Shown: positions 25,101 to 37,900 of the stretch, piece after piece
Layout: each line of letters begins with the position of its first letter
Numbering within the stretch: the first letter of the stretch is position 1
NCBI GenBank assembly: GCA_964016885.1
Contig: OZ024744.1
Location: forward strand, 18,166,001 to 18,230,000
Reading direction: 5' to 3'
DNA: 64,000 nucleotides
DNA from: Eledone cirrhosa
Taxonomy: Eukaryota
Made by a program: the position numbers and the translations under genes
The notes under the pieces: generated by a model
What the model was told of the DNA's origin: nothing
The model's input: the letters and a program-made list of their open reading frames with translations, nothing else
Database searches by the model: none

Positions 25101-28100
25101 GTATGTCACTGTGTGTTTATGTATTTCTGTGTCTCTGTATATGTCACTGTATCTTTGTGTATGTCTGCGTCACTGTGTATGTCACTATGTTTGTGTATGT
25201 CTGTGTCACTGTGTAAGTCATTGTATCTTTGTGTATGTATGTGACACTCTGTATGTCAATGTGTGTTTCTGTATTATGTGTCTCTGTGTATGTCACTGTA
25301 TCTTTGTGTATGTATGTGTCACTGTGTATGTCATTGTGTGTTTGTGTATGACTGTGTCACTGTGTATGTTACTGTGAGTTTCTGTATGTCTGTGTCACGG
25401 TGTATGTCAGTGTATATTTTTGTATGTCTGTGTCAGTGTGTATGTCACTAGGTGTTTCTGTATGTCTGTGTCACACCGTATATCACTGTATCTTTATGTA
25501 TGTCTGTGTCACTGTGTATGTCACTGTGAGTTTATGTATGTATGTGTCACTGTGTATGTCACAGTGTGTTTCTGTATGTCTGTGTCACTGTGTATGTCAC
25601 TGTATCTCTCTGTATGTCTGTGTCACTGTCTATGTCACTGTATCTTTGTGTATGTCTGTGTCACTGTGTATGTCACTGTGTGTTTCTGTATGTCTGTGTG
25701 ACTGTGTATGTCACTGTGTGTTTCTGTATGTCTGTGTCACTGTGTATGTCACTGTGTGTTTCTGTATGTCTGTGTCACTGTCTATGTCGCTGTATCTTTG
25801 TGTATGTCTGCGTCACTGTGTATGTCACTGTGTGTTTCTGTATGTCTGTGTCTCTGTGTATGTCACTGTATCTTTGTGTATGTCGGTGTCACGGTGTATG
25901 TCACTGTATGTTTGTGTGTGTCTATGTCACTGTGTATGTCACTGTGTGTTTCTGTATGTCTGTGTCACCGTGTATGTCACTGTATCTTTGTGTATGCCTG
26001 TGTCACTGTGTATGTCACTGTGTGTTTCTGTATGTCTGTGTCACTGTGTATGTCACTGTGTGTTTCTGTATGACTGTGACACTGTGTATGTCACTTTATC
26101 TTTGTGTATGTCTGTGTCACTGTGTATGTCACTGTGTGTTTCTGTATGTCTGTGTCACTGTCTATGTCACTGTATGTTTCTGAATGTCTGTGTCACTGTG
26201 TATGTCACTGTGTGTTTCTGTATATCTGTGTCACGGTGTATGTCACTGAATGTTTGTGTGTGTCTGCGTCACTGTGTATGTCATTGTGTGTTTCTGTATG
26301 TCTGTGTCTCTGTGTATGTAACTGTATCTTTGTGTATGTCGTTGTCACGGTGTATGTCACTAAATGTTTCTGTGTGTCTGTGTCTCTGTGTATGTCACTG
26401 TGTGTTTGCGTGTGTCTGTGTCACTGTGTATGTCACTGTGTGTTTCTGTATGTCTGTGTGACTGTGTATGTCACTAGGTGTTTGTGTATGTCTGTGTCAC
26501 TGCATGTTTCTGAATGTCTGTGTCACTGTGTATGTCACTGTGTGTTTCTGTATGTATGTGTCACCGTGTATGTCACTGTATCTTTGTGTATGCCTGTGTC
26601 ACTGTGTATGTCACTGTGTGTTTCTGTATGTCGGTGTCACTGTGTATGTCACTGTGTGTTTCTGTATGTTTGTGTCACTGTGTATGTCATTAAATGTTTG
26701 TGTGTGTCTGTGTCTCTGTGTATGTCACTGTGTGTTTGCGTGTGTCTGTGTCACTGTGTATGTCACTGTGTGTTTATGTATGTCTGTGTGACTGTGTATG
26801 TCACTGTGTGTTTGTGTATGTCTGTGTCACTGTGTGTGTTTCTGTATGTCTGTGTCAATGTGTATGTCACTGCGTGTTTCTGTATGTCTGTGTCACTGTG
26901 TATGTCACTGTATGTTTCTGTATGTCTGTTTCACTGTGTATGTCACTGTGTGTTTCTGTATGTCTGTGTCACTCTGTATGTCACTGTATGTTTCTGAATG
27001 TTTGTGTCACTGTGTATGTCACTGTGTGTTTGCGTGTGTCTGTGTCACTGTGTATGTCACTGTGTGTTTCTGTATGTCTGTGTGACTGTGTATGTCACTC
27101 TGTCTTTGTGTATGTCTGTGTCACTGTGTGTGTTTCAGTATGTCTGTGTCACTGTGTATGTCATTGTATCTTTGTGTATGTATGTGTCACTGTGTGTGTC
27201 ACTGTATCATTGTGTATGTCTGTGTCATTGTGTATGTCACTGTGTGTTTCTGTATATCTGTGTCTCTGTGTATGTTACTTTATCTTTGTGTATGTCTGTG
27301 TCACTGTGTATCTCACTGTATCTTTGTGTATGTCTGTGTCACGGTGTATATCACTGTATGTTTGTGTATGTCTGTGTCACTCTATATGGCACTGTATGTT
27401 TCTGTATGTATGTGTCACTGTGTATGTCAATGTGTGTTTCTGTATCTCTGTGACACGGTGTATGTCACTGTATGTTTGTGTATGTCTGTGTGACTGTGTA
27501 TGTCACTGTATGTTACATTATGTCTGTGTCACTGTGTATGTCACTGTGTGTTTCTGTATGTCTGTGTCACTGTGTATGTCACTGTATATTTGTGTATGTC
27601 TGTGTCACTGTGTATGTCACTGTGTGTTTCTGTATGTCTGTGTCACTGTCTATGTCACTGTATGTTTCTGAATGTCTGTGTCACCGTGTATGTCACTGTA
27701 TCTTTATGTATGTCTGTGTCACTGTATATGTCACTGTATCTTTGTGTATGTCTACGTCACTGTGTATGTCACTGTGTGTTTCTGTATGTCTGTGTCTTTG
27801 TGTATGCCACTGTACCTTTGTGTATGTCTGTGTCACTGTGTATGTCACTGTGTGTTTCTGTATGTCTGTGTCACTGTGTATGTCACTGTATCTCTCTGTA
27901 TGTCTGTGTCACTGTCTATGTCACTGTATCTTTGTGTATGTCTGCGTCACTGTGTATGCCACTGTGTGTTTTTGTATGTCTGTGTCTCTGTGTATGTCAC
28001 TGTATCTTTGTGTATGTCTGTATCACTGTGTATGTCACTGTGTGTTTCTGTATGTCTGTGTCACTGTGTATGTCACTGTGTGTTTCTGTATGTCTGTGTC

Positions 28101-28642
28101 ACTGTCTATGTCGCTGTATGTTTCTGAATGTCTGTGTCACTGTGTATGTCACTGTGTGTTTCTGTATGTCTGTGTCACGGTGTATGTCACTGTATGTTTG
28201 TGTGTGTCTATGTCACTTTGTATGTCACTGTGTGTTTCTGTATGTCTGTGTCACCGTGTATGTCAATGTATCTTTGTGTATGCCTGTGTCACTGTGTATG
28301 TCACTGTGTGTTTCTGTATGTCTGTGTCACTGTGTATGTCACTGTGTGTTTCTGTATGTCTGTGTCACTGTGTATGTCACTGTGTGTTTCTGTATGTCTG
28401 TGTCACTGTCTATGTCGCTGTATGTTTCTGAATGTCTGTGTCAATGTGTATGTCACTGTGTGTTTCTGTATGTCTGTGTCACTGTCTATGTCACTGTATG
28501 TTTCTGAATGTCTGTGTCACTGTGTATGTCACTGTGTGTTTCTGTATATCTGTGGCACGGTGTATGTCACTGAATGTTTGTGTGTGTCTGTGTCACTCTG
28601 TTTGTCACTGTGTGTTTCTGTATGTCTGTGTAACCGTGTATG

Positions 28643-31600
28643 TTAGGTATCTTTGTATATGCCTGTGTCACTGTGTATGTCACTGTGTTTCTGTATTTCT
28701 GTGTCACTGTGTATGTCACTGTGTGTTTCTGTATGTTTGTGTCACTGTGTATGTCACTAAATGTTTGTGTGTGTCTGTGTCTCTGTGTATGTCACTGTGT
28801 GTTTGCGTGTGTCTGTGTCACTGTGTATGTCACTGTGTGTTTCTGTATGTCTGTGTGACTGTGTATGTCACTCTGTGTTTGTGCATGTCTGTGTCACTGT
28901 GTGTGTTTCTGTATGTCTGTGTCACTGTGTATGTCATTGTATCTTTGTGTTTGAATGTGTCACTGTGTATGTCACTGTGTGTTTGTGTATACCTGTGTCA
29001 CTGTGTATGTTACTGTGAGTTTCTGTATGTCTGTGTCACTGTGTACGTCACTGTATATTTCTGTATGTCTGTGTCAGTGTGTATGTCACTGGTTGATTCT
29101 GTATGTCTGTGTCACACTGTATATCACTGTATCTTTGTGTAGGTCTGTGTCACCGTGTATGTCACTGTATCTTTATGTATGTCTGTGTCACTGTATATGT
29201 CACTGTATCTTTGTGTATGTCTACGTCACTGTGTATGTCACTGTGTGTTTCTGTATGTCTGTGTCTTTGTGTATGTTACTGTACCTTTGTGTATGTATGT
29301 GTCACTGTGTATGTCACTGTGTGTTTCTGTATGTCTGTGTCACTGTGTATGTCACTGTGTGTTTCTGTATATCTGTGTCTCTGTGTATGTCACTGTATCT
29401 TTGTGTATTTCTGTGTCACTGTGTATGTCACTGTAACGTTGTGTATCTCTGTGTCACTGTGTATGTCACTTATCTTTGTGTATGTCTGTGTCACTGTGTA
29501 TGTCACTGTGTGTTTCTGTATGTATGTGTCACGGTGTATGTCACTGTATGTTTGTGTATGTCTGTGTCACTGTGTATGTCACTGTATCTTTGTGTATGTC
29601 TGTGTCACTGTGTATGTTACTGTGTGTTTCTGTATGTCTGTGTCACTGTGTTTGTCTTTGTGTGTTTCTGTATGTCTGTGTCACTGTGTATATCACTGTA
29701 TGTTTGTGTGTGTCTGTGTCACTGTGTATGTCACTGTATGTCTCTGTATGTCTGTGTCACTGTCTATGTCACTGTGTGTTTGCCTGTGTATGTGTCACTG
29801 TGTATGTCACTGTGTGTTTCTGTATGTATGTGTCACCGTGTATGTCACTGTATCTTTGTGTATGCCTGTGTCACTGTGTATGTCACTGTGTGTTTCTGTA
29901 TGTCGGTGTCACTGTGTATGTCACTGTGTGTTTCTGTATGTTTGTGTCACTGTGTATGTCATTAAATGTTTGTGTGTGTCTGTGTCTCTGTGTATGTCAC
30001 TGTGTGTTTGCGTATGTCTGTGTCACTCTGTATGTCACTGTATGTTTCTTAATGTTTGTGTCACTGTGTATGTCACTGTGTGTTTGCGTGTGTCTGTGTC
30101 ACTGTGTATGTCACTGTGTGTTTCTGTATGTCTGTGTGACTGTGTATGTCACTCTGTGTTTGTGTATGTCTGTGTCACTGTGTGTGTTTCTGTATGTCTG
30201 TGTCACTGTGTATGTCATTGTATCTTTGTGTATGTATGTGTCACTGTGTATGTCACTGTATCATTGTGTATGTATGTGTCATTGTGTATGTCACTGTGTG
30301 TTTCTGTATGTTTGTGACACTGTGTATGTCACTGTGTGGTTCTGTATATCTGTGTCTCTGTGTATGTTACTTTATCTTTGTGTATGTCTGTGTCACTGTG
30401 TATGTCACTGTATCTTTGTGTATGTCTGTGTCACGGTGTATATCACTGTATGTTTGTGTATGTCTGTGTCACTCTATATGTCACTGTATGTTTCTGTATG
30501 TATGTGTCACTGTGTATGTCAATGTGTGTTTCTGTATCTCTGTGTCACGGTGTATGTCACTGTATGTTTGTGTATGTCTGTGTGACTGTATATGTCACTG
30601 TATGTTACAGTATGTCTGTGTCACTGTGTATGTCACTGTGTGTTTCTGTATGTCTGTGTCACTGTGTATGTCACTGTATATTTGTGTATGTCTGTGTCAC
30701 TGTGTATGTCACTGTGTTTCTGTATGTCTGTGTCACTGTCTATGTCACTGTATGTTTCTGAATGTCTGTGTCACCGTGTATGTCACTGTATCTTTAAGTA
30801 TGTCTGTGTCACTGTATATGTCACTATATCTTTGTGTATGTCTACGTCACTGTGTATGTCACTGTGTGTTTCTGTATGTCTGTGTCTTTGTGTATGTCAC
30901 TGTACCTTTCTGTATATCTGTGTCACTGTGTATGTCACTGTGTGTTTCTGTATGTCTGTGTCACTGTGTATGTCACTGTGTGTTTCTGTATATCTGTGTC
31001 TCTGTGTATGTCACTGTAACGTTGTGTATCTGTGTCACTGTGTATGTCACTGTATCTTTGTGTATGTCTGTGTCACTGTGTATGTCACTGTGTGTTTCTG
31101 TATGTATGTGTCACGGTGTATGTCACTGTATGTTTGTGTATGTCTGTGTCACTGTGTATGTCATTGTGAGTTTCTGTATGTCTGTGTCACTGTGTATGTC
31201 ACTGTATATTTGTGTATGTCTGTGTCACTGTGTATGTCACTGTGTGTTTCTGTATGTCTGTGTCACTGTGTATGTCACTGTATCTCTCTGTATGTCTGTG
31301 TCACTGTCTATGTCGCTGTATGTTTCTGAATGTCTGTGTCACTGTGTATGTCACTGTGTGTTTCTGTATGTCTGTGTCACGGTGTATGTCACTGTATGTT
31401 TGTGTGTGTCTATGTCACTGTGTATGTCACTGTGTGTTTCTGTATGTCTGTGTCACTGTCTATGTCACTGTATGTTTCTGAATGTCTGTGTCACTGTGTA
31501 TGTCACTGTGTGTTTCTGTATATCTGTGTCACGGTGTATGTCACTGAATGTTTGTGTGTGTCTGTGTCACTGTGTATGTCACTGTGTGTTTCTGTATATC

Positions 31601-34600
31601 TGTGTCACGGTGTATGTCACTGAATGTTTGTGTGTGTCTGTGTCACTGTGTTTGTCACTGTGTGTTTCTGTATGTCTGTGTCACCGTGTATGTCACGGTA
31701 TCTTTGTATATGCCTGTGTCACTGTGTATGTCACTGTGTGTTTCTGTATTTCTGTGTCACTGTGTATGTCACTGTGTGTTTCTGTATGTTTGTGTCACTG
31801 TGTATGTCACTAAATGTTTGTGTGTGTCTGTGTCTCTGTGTATGTCACTGTGTGTTTGCGTGTGTCTGTGTCACCGTGTATGTCACTGTGTGTTTCTGTA
31901 TGTCTGTGTCACTGTGTATGTCACCGTGTGTTTGTGTATGTCTGTGTCATTGTGTGTGTTTCTGTATGTCTGTGTCACTGTGTATGTCACTGTATGTTTC
32001 TGTATGTATGTGTCACTGTGTATGTCACTGTATCTTTGTGTATGTCTGTGTCACTCCGTATGTCACTGTGTGTTTCTGTATGTCTGTGTCAATGTGTATG
32101 TCACTGTGTGTTTCTGTATGTCTGTGTCACTGTGTATGTCACTGTGTGTTTCTGTATGTCTGTGTCACTGTCTATGTCACTGTATGTTTCTGAATGTCTG
32201 TGTCACTGTGTATGTCACTGTGTGTTTCTGTATATCTGTGTCACGGTGTATGTCACTGAATGTTTGTGTGTGTCTGCGTCACTGTGTATGTCACTGTGTG
32301 TTTCTGTATGTCTGTGTCTCTGTGTATGTAACTGTATCTTTGTGTATGTCGTTGTCACGGTGTATGTCACTAAATGTTTGTGTGTGTCTGTGTATCTGTG
32401 TATGTCACTGTGTGTTTGCGTGTGTCTGTGTCACTGTGTATGTCACTGTGTGTTTCTGTATGTCTGTGTGACTGTGTATGTCACTAGGTGTTTGTGTATG
32501 TCTGTGTCACTGCATGTTTCTGAATGTCTGTGTCACTGTGTATGTCACTGTGTGTTTCTGTATGTATGTGTCACCGTGTATGTCACTGTATCTTTGTGTA
32601 TGCCTGTGTCACTGTGTATGTCACTGTGTGTTTCTGTATGTCGGTGTCACTGTGTATGTCACTGTGTGTTTCTGTATGTTTGTGTCACTGTGTATGTCAT
32701 TAAATGTTTGTGTGTGTCTGTGTCTCTGTGTATGTCACTGTGTGTTTGCGTGTGTCTGTGTCACTGTGTATGTCACTGTGTGTTTGTGTATGTCTGTGTG
32801 ACTGTGTATGTCACTGTGTGTTTGTGTATGTCTGTGTCACTGTGTGTGTTTCTGTATGTCTGTGTCAATGTGTATGTCACTGTGTGTTTCTGTATGTCTG
32901 TGTCACTGTGTATGTCACTGTATGTTTCTGTATGTCTGTTTCACTGTGTATGTCACTGTGTGTTTCTGTATGTCTGTGTCACTCTGTATGTCACTGTATG
33001 TTTCTGAATGTTTGTGTCACTGTGTATGTCCCTGTGTGTTTGCGTGTGTCTGTGTCACTGTGTATGTCACTGTCTGTTTCTGTATGTCTGTGTGACTGTG
33101 TATGTCACTCTGTCTTTGTGTATGTCTGTGTCACTGTGTGTGTTTCTGTATGTCTGTGTCACTGTGTATGTCATTGTATCTTTGTGTATGTATGTGTCAC
33201 TGTGTGTGTCACTGTATCATTGTGTATGTCTGTGTCATTGTGTATGTCACTGTGTGTTTCTGTATATCTGTGTCTCTGTGTATGTTACTTTATCTTTGTG
33301 TATGTCTGTGTCACTGTGTATGTCACTGTATCTTTGTGTATGTCTGTGTCACGGTGTATATCACTGTATGTTTGTGTATGTCTGTGTCACTCTATATGGC
33401 ACTGTATGTTTCTGTATGTATGTGTCACTGTGTATGTCAATGTGTGTTTCTGTATCTCTGTGACACGGTGTATGTCACTGTATGTTTGTGTATGTATGTG
33501 TGACTGTGTATGTCACTGTATGTTACATTATGTCTGTGTCACTGTGTATGTCACTGTGTGTTTCTGTATGTCTGTGTCACTGTGTATGTCACTGTATATT
33601 TGTGTATGTCTGTGTCACTGTGTATGTCACTGTGTGTTTCTGTATGTCTGTGTCACTGTCTATGTCACTGTATGTTTCTGAATGTCTGTGTCACCGTGTA
33701 TGTCCCTGTATCTTTATGTATGTCTGTGTCACTGTATATGTCACTGTATCTTTGTGTATGTCTACGTCACTGTGTATGTCACTGTGTGTTTCTGTATGTC
33801 TGTGTCTTTGTGTATGCCACTGTACCTTTGTGTATGTCTGTGTCACTGTGTATGTCACTGTGTGTTTCTGTATGTCTGTGTCATTGTGTATGTCACTGTG
33901 TGTTTCTGTATATCTGTGTCTCTGTGTATGTCACTGTAACGTTGTGTATCTCTGTGTCACTGTGTATGTCACTGTATCTTTGTGTATGTCTGTGTCACTG
34001 TGTATGTCACTGTGTGTTTCTGTATGTATGTGTCACGGTGTATGTCACTGTATGTTTGTGTATGTCTGTGTCACTGTGTATGTCATTGTGAGTTTCTGTA
34101 TGTCTGTGTCACTGTGTATGTCACTGTATCTTTGTGTATGTCTGTGTCACTGTGTATGTCACTGTGTGTTTCTGTATGTCTGTGTCACTGTGTATGTCAC
34201 TGTATCTCTCTGTATGTCTGTGTCACTGTCTATGTCACTGTATCTTTGTGTATGTCTGCGTCACTGTGTATGCCACTGTGTGTTTTTGTATGTCTGTGTC
34301 TCTGTGTATGTCACTGTATCTTTGTGTATGTCTGTATCACTGTGTATGTCACTGTGTGTTTCTGTATGTCTGTGTCACTGTGTATGTCACTGTGTGTTTC
34401 TGTATGTCTGTGTCACTGTCTATGTCGCTGTATGTTTCTGAATGTCTGTGTCACTGTGTATGTCACTGTGTGTTTCTGTATGTCTGTGTCACGGTGTATG
34501 TCACTGTATGTTTGTGTGTGTCTATGTCACTTTGTATGTCACTGTGTGTTTCTGTATGTCTGTGTCACCGTGTATGTCAATGTATCTTTGTGTATGCCTG

Positions 34601-34956
34601 TGTCACTGTGTATGTCACTGTGTGTTTCTGTATGTCTGTGTCACTGTGTATGTCACTGTGTGTTTCTGTATGTCTGTGTCACTGTGTATGTCACTGTGTG
34701 TTTCTGTATGTCTGTGTCACTGTCTATGTCGCTGTATGTTTCTGAATGTCTGTGTCAATGTGTATGTCACTGTGTGTTTCTGTATGTCTGTGTCACTGTC
34801 TATGTCACTGTATGTTTCTGAATGTATGTGTCACTGTGTATGTCACTGTGTGTTTCTGTATATCTGTGGCACGGTGTATGTCACTGAATGTTTGTGTGTG
34901 TCTGTGTCACTCTGTTTGTCACTGTGTGTTTCTGTATGTCTGTGTAACCGTGTATG
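28643..34956. repeat. Type-A HOR copy (6,314 bp)
   Basis: Interval between successive once-per-unit TTAGG markers at 28643 and 34957. The order of diagnostic variants is the same as in the other copies. Confidence 0.93.
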
Positions 34957-37900
34957 TTAGGTATCTTTGTATATGCCTGTGTCACTGTGTATGTCACTGT
35001 GTGTTTCTGTATTTCTGTGTCACTGTGTATGTCACTGTGTGTTTCTGTATGTTTGTGTCACTGTGTATGTCACTAAATGTTTGTGTGTGTCTGTGTCTCT
35101 GTGTATGTCACTGTGTGTTTGCGTGTGTCTGTGTCACTGTGTATGTCACTGTGTGTTTCTGTATGTCTGTGTGACTGTGTATGTCACTCTGTGTTTGTGC
35201 ATGTCTGTGTCACTGTGTGTGTTTCTGTATGTCTGTGTCACTGTGTATGTCATTGTATCTTTGTGTTTGAATGTGTCACTGTGTATGTCACTGTGTGTTT
35301 GTGTATACCTGTGTCACTGTGTATGTTACTGTGAGTTTCTGTATGTCTGTGTCACTGTGTACGTCACTGTATATTTCTGTATGTCTGTGTCAGTGTGTAT
35401 GTCACTGGTTGATTCTGTATGTCTGTGTCACACTGTATATCACTGTATCTTTGTGTAGGTCTGTGTCACCGTGTATGTCACTGTATCTTTATGTATGTCT
35501 GTGTCACTGTATATGTCACTGTATCTTTGTGTATGTCTACGTCACTGTGTATGTCACTGTGTGTTTCTGTATGTCTGTGTCTTTGTGTATGTTACTGTAC
35601 CTTTGTGTATGTATGTGTCACTGTGTATGTCACTGTGTGTTTCTGTATGTCTGTGTCACTGTGTATGTCACTGTGTGTTTCTGTATATCTGTGTCTCTGT
35701 GTATGTCACTGTATCTTTGTGTATGTCTGTGTCACTGTGTATGTCACTGTAACGTTGTGTATCTCTGTGTCACTGTGTATGTCACTTATCTTTGTGTATG
35801 TCTGTGTCACTGTGTATGTCACTGTGTGTTTCTGTATGTATGTGTCACGGTGTATGTCACTGTATGTTTGTGTATGTCTGTGTCACTGTGTATGTCACTG
35901 TATCTTTGTGTATGTCTGTGTCACTGTGTATGTTACTGTGTGTTTCTGTATGTCTGTGTCACTGTGTTTGTCTTTGTGTGTTTCTGTATGTCTGTGTCAC
36001 TGTGTATATCACTGTATGTTTGTGTGTGTCTGTGTCACTGTGTATGTCACTGTATGTCTCTGTATGTCTGTGTCACTGTCTATGTCACTGTGTGTTTGCC
36101 TGTGTATGTGTCACTGTGTATGTCACTGTGTGTTTCTGTATGTCGGTGTCACTGTGTATGTCACTGTGTGTTTCTGTATGTTTGTGTCACTGTGTATGTC
36201 ATTAAATGTTTGTGTGTGTCTGTGTCTCTGTGTATGTCACTGTGTGTTTGCGTATGTCTGTGTCACTCTGTATGTCACTGTATGTTTCTTAATGTTTGTG
36301 TCACTGTGTATGTCACTGTGTGTTTGCGTGTGTCTGTGTCACTGTGTATGTCACTGTGTGTTTCTGTATGTCTGTGTGACTGTGTATGTCACTCTGTGTT
36401 TGTGTATGTCTGTGTCACTGTGTGTGTTTCTGTATGTCTGTGTCACTGTGTATGTCATTGTATCTTTGTGTATGTATGTGTCACTGTGTATGTCACTGTA
36501 TCATTGTGTATGTATGTGTCATTGTGTATGTCACTGTGTGTTTCTGTATGTTTGTGACACTGTGTATGTCACTGTGTGGTTCTGTATATCTGTGTCTCTG
36601 TGTATGTTACTTTATCTTTGTGTATGTCTGTGTCACTGTGTATGTCACTGTATCTTTGTGTATGTCTGTGTCACGGTGTATATCACTGTATGTTTGTGTA
36701 TGTCTGTGTCACTCTATATGTCACTGTATGTTTCTGTATGTATGTGTCACTGTGTATGTCAATGTGTGTTTCTGTATCTCTGTGTCACGGTGTATGTCAC
36801 TGTATGTTTGTGTATGTCTGTGTGACTGTATATGTCACTGTATGTTACAGTATGTCTGTGTCACTGTGTATGTCACTGTGTGTTTCTGTATGTCTGTGTC
36901 ACTGTGTATGTCACTGTATATTTGTGTATGTCTGTGTCACTGTGTATGTCACTGTGTTTCTGTATGTCTGTGTCACTGTCTATGTCACTGTATGTTTCTG
37001 AATGTCTGTGTCACCGTGTATGTCACTGTATCTTTAAGTATGTCTGTGTCACTGTATATGTCACTGTATCTTTGTGTATGTCTACGTCACTGTGTATGTC
37101 ACTGTGTGTTTCTGTATGTCTGTGTCTTTGTGTATGTCACTGTACCTTTCTGTATATCTGTGTCACTGTGTATGTCACTGTGTGTTTCTGTATGTCTGTG
37201 TCACTGTGTATGTCACTGTGTGTTTCTGTATATCTGTGTCTCTGTGTATGTCACTGTAACGTTGTGTATCTGTGTCACTGTGTATGTCACTGTATCTTTG
37301 TGTATGTCTGTGTCACTGTGTATGTCACTGTGTGTTTCTGTATGTATGTGTCACGGTGTATGTCACTGTATGTTTGTGTATGTCTGTGTCACTGTGTATG
37401 TCATTGTGAGTTTCTGTATGTCTGTGTCACTGTGTATGTCACTGTATATTTGTGTATGTCTGTGTCACTGTGTATGTCACTGTGTGTTTCTGTATGTCTG
37501 TGTCACTGTGTATGTCACTGTATCTCTCTGTATGTCTGTGTCACTGTCTATGTCGCTGTATGTTTCTGAATATCTGTGTCACTGTGTATGTCACTGTGTG
37601 TTTCTGTATGTCTGTGTCACGGTGTATGTCACTGTATGTTTGTGTGTGTCTATGTCACTGTGTATGTCACTGTGTGTTTCTGTATGTCTGTGTCACTGTC
37701 TATGTCACTGTATGTTTCTGAATGTCTGTGTCACTGTGTATGTCACTGTGTGTTTCTGTATATCTGTGTCACGGTGTATGTCACTGAATGTTTGTGTGTG
37801 TCTGTGTCACTGTGTATGTCACTGTGTGTTTCTGTATATCTGTGTCACGGTGTATGTCACTGAATGTTTGTGTGTGTCTGTGTCACTGTGTTTGTCACTG

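Larger units (their letters stand above)
5300..27500. repeat. Type-B HOR domain (irregular ~5.7-6.4 kb units with internal duplications)
   Basis: Diagnostic variants seen only here: TTAGCGTGTGTCTTTG (10284, 12029, 18707, 24394), GCCTGGGTCAC (~8257, 9724, 11506, 18146, 23834), CACACCGTATATC and GTATTATGTGTCTC. Block offsets are 6,449 (13012 vs 19461) and 5,802/5,726 (19461 vs 25263, 20378 vs 26104). The right boundary is approximate. Confidence 0.85.
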
